DNA from: Adineta vaga
Taxonomy: Eukaryota > Animalia > Rotifera
Reading direction: 5' to 3'
DNA: 64,000 nucleotides
NCBI GenBank assembly: GCA_021613535.1
Contig: CP075495.1
Location: 9,548,001-9,612,000, forward strand
Shown here piece by piece: positions 13,722 to 29,100 of the stretch; position 1 is the stretch's first letter, and every line of letters starts with the position of its first letter. The position numbers were made by a program, and so were the translations under genes. The notes below the pieces were generated by a model, which was not told the origin of the DNA, made no database searches, and worked only from the letters and a program-made list of their open reading frames with translations.

Positions 13722-16603
13722 ATGGCTTTGAACTATGAAACATTAATACATGCTGCTAGTAAACCACCTGAACAACGAACAGCAACAGAAATTAATGATT
13801 TCATATTTCCATGGCTTAAACAATCATTAAAAAAGAAACAAGGAATATTTCAAAAGATTTCTGATGGTAAAAATGGCATTGATGTTTTTGAAAAAACATG
13901 ATTGATCGATTGTTTCAGATGTTATTCATGATATATGCAAGACAATTATGATCGAACGTCGACCAGCATGGGATGTCGTTATTCATCAAGGTGACCCTGG
14001 AGATACGTAGGCTATCTTTTTCGTTGTTTAATATCGAAGACATTGACTTTCGGTTTATTTTCTTAGATTTTATATTATTTTACAAGGTTCAGTAAATATT
14101 TATCGTTATGATGAAGATGGTCCTAAACCAGATCGACTTGAATTCGATACTGTACAAGAATTTGCCAAACTTGATAATGATCCTGATAAACGTGAAGAAC
14201 TTATAGCTGATGCATTTGGTAATTATATTGTAACTTTAGGTAAGATGAAGTTAATCAAACAAAGGATCTATTTTCGACAATACACTAAATAAGGAAAAAA
14301 TCTCTTCATTCAGAAGGAAATGGTCTTGCCTATAAACAACGTAAGAATCTATTGATTTGCTTGATGATTTACGTGTGAGTGCATTTGGAGAAATTCAATG
14401 AAATATTCAATGTACTTTGATGAAAGGAGAATTTTAATCCTTTTTTTTATTGATTTATTTCGTAGGCGGTGGTTTTGATTTCGGTGAACGAGCATTGATA
14501 ACAAATGAACCACGAAGTGCTACTGTAATGACAATTACTCCTACTGATTTATTAGTAGTCGATCGAGAAGTTTTTAGTCGGTATGAAAATCACTAAATAG
14601 TAATCATTTGATCGCATTCTCTTTGTTCTTATGATATGAATAGAACGTTGAAAGCTGCACATGAAAAAGAATTACAGGAGAAAACTGAATTTATTAATCG
14701 AAGTCCATTATTTTCTTCATGGTCACCAAGATTAAAACGTCTTGTTAGTCTTAACTTAGAACGAGGCAGATTTTCGTATGATAATATTTTATATAAACAA
14801 GGTTCACGTGCTGATGCTGTCTATTTTATATGGAGGTAAAGAAAAATCTCAAACTTGATTAGAATCTCGAATACATTTTTCATTCTTTCTAGCGGTGAAA
14901 TTAAATTAAGTATGGATCCTTTATTACATTGGATACAATATCCATATCTTCTTCCACAATCAGATCCAATGAAACAGTAATAAAACTATTTGTTTTGTTT
15001 CTGATTGTCTAAACGGTAGTTATGTATTTTCTTTCTCATAGACGTGCTTTAGAATTATTCTTACCTATGCTTCAACCATCTCATCCTTCAAATGTTTATA
15101 TACCATCGAATGCTGATACGAATGATCCTGGACAAAGTTTTGCAATAAAACGACGTCATATGACATTTGCACAAGCTGAACATGAACGTGCTCAACGAAT
15201 CTTACAATTAGCTTTATTGAGTGCGGGTGATGTTATTGGTCTTGAATGTTATGTATGCGATTTGGCGACGCATATTAATTCAGCTCGATGTACAGCACCG
15301 TGCGATTTATTTTACATATTAAAACATAATTTTGCTCGTCTACAAAAGCGAAATGGTACCCAAGGTCTTGGTGAACGTTTACGTGAAATAGTACTTCTTT
15401 CTTTGCAAGCATATCCATCGCGTATTATACACTTACCATTATTTGCTGCTTTAATGAAAAAAAAATTAGCAACATCAAGTCGTGATGATTCACAACAACA
15501 ACAGCAACAATATCAAACTAAACAATCGTGGCTTCTACAATTAAATAATGCATCTCATCGAGTTCGTTTACTTTGTATATTTTTACTTCTTAAAATTAGA
15601 TTTTTTCCGTAGCGAACACATCGATCGGAAACGTCGGCAAGTACGTCACCACATATAGTTAGTAAAGAACGTTCAATGACTACGATAACAAATACTTTGC
15701 CTGCGGCGCATTCCACTCGACTTATATCTTTTGGAAATCCAGCAACAATACAATATGTAACTACTGATAATATACGTGTTAGTAAACTTGAAGATCGTCT
15801 CAAACAATGGCATGAACGAATGGGTGGCGATTCAAAAACACATATTGTACCATTGACACGTTATGTATGTAAACTGAATTTCATTGAAAAACAAAAATGA
15901 TACTATTCATACCGTTTATTATTTCAAAAGATAATATTGCTTTTTATTTAGAGTATCACTGATGGTTCAACAAGTGATCTTTTAAGAACGACGCCTTTCG
16001 AAGTTGTTGAACCTCAATCACACGGTGCTTTTCTCTCAACAAGGTAAATTTCTCTTTTATTATATTATTTCTCATTCTTTTAACAAAATACAATGAAAAG
16101 TTACAATTTCTCCTTTTCAATAATTCTACATAGATAATCTGTAAATGTATATATTAAATATGTACGTAGCTATATATATATATATTTCCTTCATGCACAT
16201 ACTTGCACTCAACAAATATCCATTATATTTTTCACTGTAGTCTTATTCAAATATTGAGTTTCATCAAGATCGAATAAAATATATGTTTTTTCTTTAATTC
16301 AAATAGCGTGCTTGGCAATGAAAAGAAACAATTCCTCCCATAGAAGCTTTTGTCAAACCACTAGATAATTTGAATCAATCGGTGCCTATCTATTTTAGCG
16401 TATGTTTGAAAATGATTTCTTTAATTACAAATCAAAAGCATTTTCTTTTCTAGCATATATCTGCTGCTACTACTACTTCTGCAACTATTTGTTTATCTTT
16501 ACCACATATTTATTCGAAACAAGAGCAATATGAAAATCAAAGAATTTCTCTTAAACAGAAATTGAACGATTTTCTCAAACGTTCTACTCCAACAGTTTAT
16601 TAA
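13722..16603 (+). CDS. Cyclic nucleotide-binding domain protein (CNBD2-like, two cNMP-type domains), multi-exon
   Basis: KPPEQRT N-terminus, QGDPGDTFYIILQGSVNI, FGERALITNEPRSATV phosphate-binding cassette, second domain YKQGSRADAVYFI; ends STPTVY*. Confidence 0.75.
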
Positions 16604-17054
16604 ACTGTAGATTATTTAGTTTTTGTATAGTGTTCTCTAAAAATAAAGAAGAAAATGTTTGTAGAAATTGCAATATTTAGTTATTAAGAGAAGAAGAAGA
16701 AAAAAAGAAAAGAAAAATAGAATATCATTTGTAGATGTATGTATATACTAAAAATTTTCTCGTGTTTTTTTTCTTCGAGTTCTCGCATTTGTTTTAATAC
16801 TGCTCTGAAGTGTCAACAGAGATGAAAAGAGAAATATTGGCAACAAAGAACGACAGAAAGAAGAAAGAGAGTAAGTAGTTATAGGAATATATGCAGAACA
16901 AAGTTTTTCTTTTTTCTTGCTCTCCAGTGTCTCATTTCTTTTTTTTTTGTTCTATACAACGACATACGTGCTCTCTTGATGTTTGATATCGAACGAGAAG
17001 AAACTAAACCTGTAGTTACGCTCGATGGCTTTCAGATCATCAGATATATTTGAC

Positions 17055-18396
17055 ATGCATATGCCTGCAATCAAAGTACGAGTAAGTCAAATAAAAAACA
17101 CTTGTTCCCAATAATTATTGTATGTCAGGTAGCTCCATTTCGATGGTTAGCAGTTTTAGTTGGTTGTGTTACTTTTCTTGTACTGATACTTCTTCGACAT
17201 TCTACTAAACCTGCCGATAGTGATGTAAGTTATGAAATAGCTGCAAGATTAAATGAAGAAGCATCGGTAATTAAAAAATTTATGAATTTTACATTGGAAT
17301 ACTCATTAATCTTTATAGAAAATTCGTTGGTCATTATCACGTGCCCAAGCATGGTATGTTTCTCAGCCATGGTTTCTTGGTGCTAATTATGTGCCATCAA
17401 CATCAGTGAATGTCTTAGAAATGTGGCAAGAAGATACATTTGATGTAATAACAATTAAACGTGAACTATCATGGGCAAATAAACGTTTACAAATGAATAC
17501 ATTACGTGTTTTTCTTCATATACTTGTATGGATGGAAAATTCAACAAAATTCTTTCAACGTTTAGATATATTTCTAACTATTGCTGAAGAAAATAATCTT
17601 AAAATTATGCTTGTTCTTTTCGATGAATGTTGGAATGCTGAGCCGAAATTAGGTAGACAACCAGATCCTATTCCAGGTGTACATAATTCACAATGGGTTC
17701 GTTGTCCTGGTCAATCAATGGTGCTAAATAAAACAAGTTGGCCAATTATTGCACAGTATGTGACAAAATATTCTTGTTTGTTTTTCTTTTTCCTTTCAAA
17801 AAAAAAAGTCTTTACTTAGATATACAGTGGATGTAATTAGTCATTATAAATCTGATAAACGTGTTACTATCTGGGATTTGTATAACGAACCTGAATGTAG
17901 CAAACAGATAAGAGTAATCTTACCATTACTTCGTCATATCTACAAAGCGGCTCGATCTGTATCGGATGTTGAACAACCAATGACAATCGGTATTGCTAAA
18001 TGGCCATTGACAACGCCTTTAGCACAATTTGAATTAGCTGCATCAGATATAATTTCTTTTCATTCATATGGTCCATTAGCGAATGTTATAGCAAATGTAA
18101 GCGATTTACGACAAGTTCAATTAGGTCGACCTATTCTTTGTACGGAATGGCTCGCACGTCCATTTGGATCCACATTATTCACACATATCGATTATTTTCA
18201 AACAGAAAACATAGGTGCAATACATTGGGGTCTTGTTGCTGGTCGATCTCAAACATATTATCAATGGAAATCACCAGAAAGAGCACCAATGCCAAGAATG
18301 TGGTTTCACGATGTTCTATATCCTAATGGCACAGCATTTAGTTCACTTGAAGAAAAACTTTATTCTGAGATAAAACATAGAAAAGATAAAAAATAA
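17055..18396 (+). CDS. GH5-family (clan GH-A) glycoside hydrolase of bacterial type with N-terminal TM anchor; 4 exons
   Basis: WYVSQPWFLGANYVPSTSVNVLEMWQ, LFDECW, PGVHNSQWV, WDLYNEP (acid/base), CTEW (nucleophile), WGLVAGRSQT, WFHD. Confidence 0.88.
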
Positions 18397-19473
18397 ATCA
18401 TATATTCATTTTCCTTTAATTTAAATGTTATAATTGAAAGAAAATATAGATCATTATTGATGGAATGTTTGAAAATCATGGAGACATTTGATAATAGCTA
18501 AGATTGTCATGACATCATAATTCTTTCTAATAATCAAGTGACAAAAGTTGATTCACCAAGAGTATTTCACTTATACAGAAACACACATATTCCTGATATA
18601 TTTCAATCATGTAAGATGAATGTCACAGCGAAATGTATATGACATATTTTTGTTGTTATGATACGTCTTTTCAAAATAAGCATTCTTCTGGATAACCCAA
18701 AGAGCCTCCAAACTTGAAAATGTTAACCATCAAGAGTACTTGTGTTAAATACTACATTTCTTACAGTAATGAATGTAGACCAATTATACTTCTGTTTGTT
18801 GAACAAAATTCATATTTAGCTTTGGTATCTCTATTGTCAATTTAGAAAAGAAATAATTGAGTCAATTAGGAGACTAGAATCTATTCCTGATCTACTATAA
18901 CTGTTAAAAATTGTTATGACCACCAAAGTGTATATGACAGTTCACATCTAGTTCTACTAGGTAAGAGAAAAAGAAAAAAATCTCTATAATTAATTTTTCT
19001 AAGTGATAGTGTAGATGAATGAAATTGAGATTTGACACCTGAACAGCGTTAGAAGATTTTTTGATGAATAAAAATTATGATAAAAAAATTGAATTTGAAT
19101 TTTCTTTGTATTACTATTATCGCCATCTATATTCTCCAAGAGAAAATAATAATTATTAAAACATTGTGAACTATATTTACGACTTTCATAGCTATCAAAT
19201 AAGTCATATAAACAATATCCATTTCATGCGAACAAACACGCCATCTATTCGTTTGTTCTTATTTCCTCCATTGATTGAATCGTCAATTTAAAATTTGTTA
19301 TGAATGGCTGCCATTTTGTTTATTTGTGTATTATCTTTGTTTCTATCATTACCATGATTGACTTGATTGTCGTTCATTGAATTGATCAATATCTTTTCTT
19401 AATCAAAACTTCTTTCGGGAAACTATCGATATATTGATTGATTTTCTTTTAAGATTGTTCATTCGAATGTCGA

Positions 19474-21186
<1,713 letters not shown>

Positions 21187-21708
21187 TCTACTAATTCGTT
21201 TTTTCCTTCATGTGTTGTACATTTATCTCATTCTACTAATGTAGTTTGCTTCTGTATGGTTGTCTGTAGTGTTCTTTCTCATTCCACACTGGTCTGTGTT
21301 TATGTGGGCGTATGTGTATGAGTGCGCGCGCAATAGGTTTTCGTGATGTGTTTCCTTCTTTTTTCTCTTGTTGATTTATTCAAAATACTTGTTTGTTTCG
21401 ACTTGGAAAGTAATTGTCTGTGTTTTTCTTTGACTTGTGGATCTATAGTTCTATCTTTTTCTAACGTATTCACATGCACACATACACTCACTCACACATA
21501 ATAAAGATATGTATTCACCAAACATTTTTGGAAAGAAAACAAAATAATAATATCAATAATATATATATATACATATATGTGTGTGTTTAAAACATTTTTC
21601 TTTTCTTTTCTTTTCTTCTATGAAATTTTGTTTCAAACTTTAACTAAAATCAACTCATGTTACATGTTAGTTTTGTAGAGAAAAAAAAGAAAGATTTATC
21701 ATTATCTA

Positions 21709-23655
21709 ATGATGTTCAATGTGGCTCTGGATGATGTTCGTGTACTAGAACATGCAACTGTTAAAGTAAATATATTCATATGTTTTGTTTTTTTCTACTT
21801 ATATTTAAACTCTATACTTCTGTTTATAAATAGGTACCATACGAAACATTAAATAAACGATATCGTCATGCTCAAAAACAGATCGATCGTGATTCAACTC
21901 AATTAATTGCATCTGTTGGTGAATTAGATCGATCAACAACACTTGATGCTCTCAAACGTGTACTTGAACGAGCAATGACATTGAAACGAAAAGTATTTCG
22001 ACTGATTTCTCGTTTTTAATTCAAATTGTAATTTTGTATTTACGTTAGGCTCGAGAATTACGTGACGATGAAATTGAATGTTTACAAGCTGTTAAACGAC
22101 GTGTTGATCATTTGAAAGAATATGATAAAAGTTCATTATCAAAAATGGAAATCTGGCGACGACAACGCTATGAACGTATACTTGTGGATTTTCTTTTCCG
22201 AACACGATGTTTCGAAACGGCTCAAGCATTAGCAAAAGCAACAGGAATTGAGGTTTGTCTCTTGATTATGTACAATTTTCAAATGAATCTTTTCTTCGAC
22301 ATAACCTCGCGTGTTTTTTTCTCCTTCGAATAGATAATTACCTAAATATACTCTAGACGTTATACATATGACAATAATAACTCATTAGAACGCAAATTTG
22401 CTCATGAACTAGTATACATGTTTCGTTATGATATTAAGTTTGACTGGATGTCGTTCTTCAATTCTGTTGAATATCAAATATCTGTCAACAATAAGATTTA
22501 AGACATTATTAATGCTAACAGATAAGACTGTTGATAAGTACGTAGTTCTTAAACTAAGCAATGTAATGACAAGATATTTTAACAGTTTCATCTGAAAGGA
22601 TCAATGTGTCTTTGCATGATTTTTGTACGATCTAATCGATTTGTAACCGATACTTTTTCTTTAGCATTTGGTCAATTCAGAAATCTATTTAGCTGGCCGT
22701 GAAATTGAAGAATCATTAATGCGACGTGATGTTTCGAAATGTCTTGCTTGGTTTAATGAAAATAAAACAAAATTGAAGAAAAATGGCGTAAGAAGATATT
22801 TTCTTGTCGTGTATTTCTCTTTCAATTAGACTGTAATCCTTTTCCTATAGAGTACACTCGATTTTTGTATTCATTTACAAGAATTTATTGAATTTGTTCG
22901 AAAAAATCAATCTTCAGAAGCAATAGTGCATGCACGAAAATATCTTAATGGTCCTGTACCAGAACCACATCTAAGTGAATTTCAATCAGCTATGGGTTTA
23001 CTTGTTTTATCACAAAGATCAAGAAAAGAATTAAATAGCGAATATCAAGTATATTTCAATATTTAATACTGCCTTTTTTCCCCTCTTATTCCTATTTATT
23101 AAATGTATTTTAAGACATTACTTGATGAAAATCGTTGGACTAAATTAATTGATCAATTTCGTCTTGATATGTTTAAATTAAATCAATTGGGTCAACAAAG
23201 TAAATTTACAGCTGTTTTACAAAGTGGTTTATCTGCTTTAAAAACACCGTATGAATTTAATTGATAAGAATTTCCTTTACATAATTCTTCTGATGTATTT
23301 ATCTTTAGAACATGTTTTGATAAAGTATCATCTGTAAAAAATCCCAATTGTCCTGTATGTAATGTTCATTTGAAAACAATCGCAAAAGTTTTACCATATG
23401 CTCATTGTTCTGTATCGAAATTAATTTGTGCACAATCACGTGAACCTATCAATGAAAGTAATCCACCATTGATGTTACCCAATGGTTATGTTTATGGTTC
23501 AAAAGTAAGAGAGAATTTTTGTTTTTGATTAAAATTTGACATCAATTTTTTAGACTCTTCAAGCCATGGCTGCAGTAAATAATGGCAAAGTGACGTGTCC
23601 ACGTACAAAAGAAACTTATGATTTAACACAAGCCGAAAAAGTGTATATCATGTAG
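21709..23655 (+). CDS. MAEA: E3 ubiquitin ligase MAEA (CTLH/GID complex subunit), multi-exon
   Basis: LEHATVKVPYETLNKRYRHAQKQIDR, LisH/CTLH-like region, LQSGLSALKTP, CPVC...LPYAHCSVSKL...NPPLMLPNGYVYG...CPRTKE, ends KVYIM*. Confidence 0.92.
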
Positions 23656-23789
23656 AAAAGAAAAACAAATTGCAAAAGACAATAAATTAATGTTTTATCG
23701 AAATTTTATTCATACACTAAAAAGGAATATACATAGATGTGTAAATATATTGTTATTGAATTTCTTTAGATAAACGAAAAAGGAGAAAC

Positions 23790-25151
23790 ATGATTGTTAA
23801 TGACGATAACCCTTCTACGAACACTTCGATAGCAGGAAGAAATCGACGTCATATTCAAGCACCATCAGCTAAAGGTGCTATAGAATTGTTCAGAAATTGA
23901 TTGAAGTAAAAAACGATCATTCTTTGAATTTCTTTTGATTTATATTGAAAAAAGAGGCGTGCATTTTTTGAATGATTCTTAAGCCAGCTGGTTATTGGGT
24001 AAGTAAAGAAACATGATTGCATCGATTTTTCTTTCTTTTCTTCGTTTCTTGTGCAAACATAAAAGAAAAACATCAGGATCAATAACAAAGAATAAAATAT
24101 TCCAAGATAATTTTTGAAAAGATTTTTCTCTTTCCAGGATATGTATGAAAAGAGAATAATGCAATTTAAGCAACGGTAATAATCAAATGACATTATAAGA
24201 TGGTTATGATTAATTGATAAAAAGAAAAAACCAAAAAGAAAAGAAATAGAAAAGCCAATCATCTATTTACCCTTAGTATATCACATTGGATATGTTCCTT
24301 CATGCTTTATATGCTTCTGTTTTGCTAATTGCTTTGATAATCTCGAATGATTCGGTTCTATACAGAAAATTTTTAATTTGCTTATTGTTTCTATGTGCAA
24401 AATAATTGCTGAAGATTCTATCCGCATTCAATTCGATATATTTGATAGAAAATAAAGTAAATCATTCTCTTTTCTCTTCAATCATAGTTCAAACAACGTG
24501 GTTTTACAGATTCCGCACTAGATCGTCGCACAGCAACAACAACAGGTCAAATGCTTTATCAGATCATTGATCCTAAGCCATCACAAATTGATTTCACGGA
24601 TAATTTACCACCAACGCCCCCAACATCTTCTCTTATTGCTGCAAATCAACGACGAGCAGTATATTAAATCTCTTCAGAATTATAATTCTTTATTCTATAA
24701 ACATTCTTTTTGTAGACCTATAACAATCGTTATTCGGAACATGATAATCGAAATATTATACAGAGTTATGGAGAATATTTTGGTCGAGTAAATAATATCG
24801 TTTTTTGTCGGATAAAAGGTTTGCAATACTTATATTGTTTTCATGAAGGGTTTTGGAAAACGTCTAATACCTACATCGGCGCGCCATCGTCAAGAGTGGT
24901 CTCTTTCTCATGATCCAATTCCTGTTCATCCGGATCGAAGCATAACACAACGAGATTATCGTGGGTTGCCCGCACTTGAAAATCAACGTCTGCCATCTAC
25001 GTTCGTATTGACAGAAGCTCGTAAAAAGTCAAGTGGTAATTGGATGACAAGTTGTTATGATGATTATGGACGAAATATTGAACGTATACCCAATGAATTG
25101 ATTTATCGTGATGATTATAAACGCATGCCAATTCATCCGTGGCATTATTAA
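23790..25151 (+). CDS. HDNR-motif protein (TEX36/C3orf84-like, probable ciliary microtubule inner protein), multi-exon
   Basis: Spliced model contains YSEHDNRNIIQSYGEYFGRGFGKR (HDNR motif) and a WMTSCYDDY-type repeat. Confidence 0.65.
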
Positions 25152-25899
25152 TTTCATAGACTTCTTTCTAATGTATTTGAATTCCTACATGATTTACAAA
25201 TAAAGACATGCACCCTTTGAGAAACGAATTGAATCTAATTTGATTGTATGTAATGCACATCTATATATATAGCTGAAAAAAGAACGGATCATAGATCATT
25301 ACGCTTGCGCTCTAATTGCTTGACGAATGCTTAACATAGATCAACAAGAATGCTTTGTTGACAATCAGAAAACTGTTTTGGCAAACAAAGAAGAATGGAT
25401 GATTTAACTAAACCGATCTATTTACTGGAAAAATTGATAATTCCATTCTATTATTAGTATTGTGTACGTTATAGAAATGCGCAAAAATGTGCAGCACTTC
25501 GATCTTTTCTTCTTTTTTTTGCATTTGTGTTCTATAATATATATTCACTTAAAAATCTTGTGATTACTGGAAAGACATATGATGACGTACGAGTCAAGGC
25601 ATAAAAAAGCGGATGTCAATGCGTTAATGAAGTTCAACATTGGAAAATGAGACAGGCAATAGAGTCAGAAAATGAGGGGGAGAGAAAGAAGAAAATCGTT
25701 CTCGAGAGCACAAATTAAGGAGAAGAGAATTTTCTGTTTCCCTTTGTCTCTCTAGCGCATTCTCGTCGACGCGCTTCATCGCCAACAGCATCAATATCTT
25801 TAGTTGTTTTTCGCCAATGTTCTCATCAGATAAGAGACAGAGAGACTGAAAGAAGAGAATATTGGGACAATGATTTTTCTCTGAAAGTCTGTCTATCTG

Positions 25900-25932
25900 T
25901 CTCTGTCTCTCTCTCTCTCTCCCTCTCTCTCT
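25900..25932. repeat. (CT)n microsatellite upstream of the Shaker 5' exons
   Basis: Direct read: ctctgtctctctctctctctccctctctct. Confidence 0.7.
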
Positions 25933-26124
25933 TTCATTCGATGCTGTCTTTGCTTTCTATGATATCTCTTTATAGAAGAAAACAGAAAGTGGAAACGATC
26001 CTAGAAGCATAATGGTTAGAGATGCAAAAGTCGAGCGTATGCTAAAAACGTCCGTTATTGGCTTAGTGAAACGAGAAAGATGAATATTAGTTCTAACAAT
26101 GTTTGAAAACTTAATAAAAAACAC

Positions 26125-29100
26125 ATGGGAACTCCAGTAACCATTCAAATAGCTGCTGCTTCAAATTATAACGAACAGTAAGATATTAAATTTTATCTTT
26201 TCAAGAATAGAATCATCGAACAATTCATTTTAACATTGATACGACCTAGAATAGTTAATTTTGCATTAAACGACGTGAAAAAACTCACGCATAAATGCGT
26301 ATACCTGACATTAGTTTTTAATTAAGGCATAGATACGATGCAATTTCATTTGAAATAATCCGCTCTTATCAGAATGTTCTCTTTTAAATCATTTTACTTT
26401 AGTTGAAAGAAGATGTAACATTTGAATAAGTTTTAAATAATGATTATGTTCCATACTAAGTCACAAAATTCCCTGATCTTCATCAGAAAATATGATGATC
26501 ATCGTGATTGAAATTTTTCTCAGTCGTTTTTGTCAGAAAGATGTGCCTTACAGGTTAAATAATGTTTCATTATCGGATTGAAGTTTCTTTTCTCTTTTAA
26601 AAAAAAGAAAACCAGAAATATGTCATGATTCTTCATAGAGAATATCTTCTAATTAGATATCTCGTTCGAAATAAATCTACATATACATGAAAAGAAAATT
26701 TCCGAGCGTATTTTGTCGATATACAGCGTAGGTACATCGTTTTTTGATGATTAGTAAATAAATGTTTTTTTGCTTTCTTCTTCTATTCTTTTTTTTTCTA
26801 TATGCCAAAAACCTTTTTAAACACTTGAAGAAATTGACAAATAACCTTGAAAATGTCATTATATTAATAAAATGACAATGAATTAACTTCCTTTACGTTT
26901 TTTTTTTACTAAATAATTATAAACGATTATTATTTCTAGTGATACACAATCATCATTACGTCGTCAAGCCAATGAACGTCGTGATCATGACAATGCTTTA
27001 CTGATCAATTATGATGGCTCAATAGGTTTTCAACAATCGAAACATGGTGGTAGTCAATTATTGTAAGTATTTCTTTGACTTCAAAAATCAACATTTCTTT
27101 TCTTTTTTTTTCTCGCGTTTTGAATACGATCGTAATCTTAGTCAATTATTAAAACGAGACAGTATCTGTCGAGGTTATTTAATTGTTTGCTAAAGGAATC
27201 ATTGAATAATACACTTTCCAATCAAACTCATGGTAGTTTTTTCTACTATTGTTATTTGTATTCTTGAGTTTGTCTTGAATGCAACCAATATATTCTCAGT
27301 GTCAACATCGTATTATTTGTAACAAGACAAGAACACGGAAGAGAAAAAAATTGGAAAGAAAAAGGAGTAAAACCCGATCTAACAGTCTTTTTTTCTTAGT
27401 TGACTAACAGCACTAGCTCAATAGAAATATGTGTAATGCTAATACCCCCTAGCGTCAATTCGTCGTTGTGCTCAATGAAATTTTCGACACGACACATGCA
27501 TACATGTCTCGCTTGTTCTGGCTAAATGGAAAGGGAGCTTTATGCAATATAGAGACTGAAGAATGCAAGAGAGAATTGGAAATGAAGGAGAGGAGAAGAA
27601 GAAGAAGAAGAAGAAAAGAATGAGTATAAATGTGAACGCATGTTCATCACCAACAACGACTACGCTTTTGCAATCTTTGTCCTTCGTCTTCTTGACTATG
27701 TCGTAAAAAAAGCGAGGTCATTATAACTGCTATTAAAAGAAAATGAAGAATATAGTAACTATTACCATTTTAGAACGCAAACAAGAGACATAACATGACG
27801 AGTGTTGATCTCTATTAAGAACAATGAGATTTCTATGTCTATGATGGTGACTTTTAATCAGTATCTGATGTATATATTAACATTTTAAAACAGTATAGAA
27901 ATATAGAAATCTCTAGTTCTTTATAATATAATAATCAACAAAAAATAAATTTGTCAAGATGACGATGGCAACAATATGGCAACCTGTTGCATTTACAGAA
28001 CATCCCATGTAAGTATATTCATTTTTCTAGGACTTGAGCTATTTAATATCCTCTTAAAATGCATTGATCGAAAACGATTAAGTAGATCTTTTTATATTAA
28101 CTCGTTCATGATTTATCCTTCGGACAACTATTCATCCATGTGTTAAATAGATTCCTGGTTTATTTTTTTCTCCCTTTTCGCTACTAATGTCTAGTTTCTG
28201 GCGTTCGACAGACCTATTTACGTCTCAATGGTTTTATAATATTAGAGCAACAAAAAAAAACCACAATGATATATATATATGTATATGTATGGATATACAA
28301 AAAACTTTTACCATATTATCTCTACGAGTTAGTCGTCTTGCAGCCATTTAAATAATAGAACTTGGATCGATTACTGCAGGTTTTCTTCGTCAATAAGAGA
28401 AATAATAGGAAAAATGGCTATGACAACAGCTATTTCAGTTTGGCAACCACCCTCGTCTATTACAATTGTTCATAATGATGTACCGTAAGTTAAATCAAGA
28501 AGAAATGACTAGTTTTTGATTAACTTTTCTTTCACGTTATGACTTTTATTTCATGTCAGTATATATATCGATCAAAGAAAACAACATACACAATCAACCG
28601 TAATATGTGTAGTTGAGAAAGAAACAGCAGTAGGATATATATATATATATCAGTTGTTTGGGATGGAAGATAAATGCGTACATAGATGACAACATGATAA
28701 ATCATTTGTATTTGAAATATCTTTTTCTAACGACGATGATCTTCAAACTAGATTTTTCTTCTTCTTTTGGATTTATCGATTGGAAAAGAAACGATTTTTG
28801 ACTTAGGGTAATTTTCTTATAATAGTAAATTAAGCTTTAATGTTCTTCTTTTAAGAGTATGAGATGAGAAAGAAGAAGAAAAACTAAATACAAATAGATA
28901 TGTGGCAAGATGTCGAGAGCGAATGCGAAGGTCATAAATGATGACAGAAAAATGAGGTTGATGACGGACAAACTATTCTGGCAATAGCTTAGGTGATGGT
29001 GTTGGCTTCTGTTCTTTTTTTTTTATATTGACGTCACTGGTCGATCCAGGCTAGAGCTAAGGCTTACAAGACCAGTATCATCTCATCTTACATCTTGACT

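Noticed and set aside
22253-22663. Unusually long MAEA intron as a snoRNA or poison-exon host
   Set aside because: No convincing C/D or H/ACA boxes and no clear splice pair
23855-24262. 135-aa hydrophobic antisense ORF
   Set aside because: Low-complexity AT-rich intronic sequence, likely spurious
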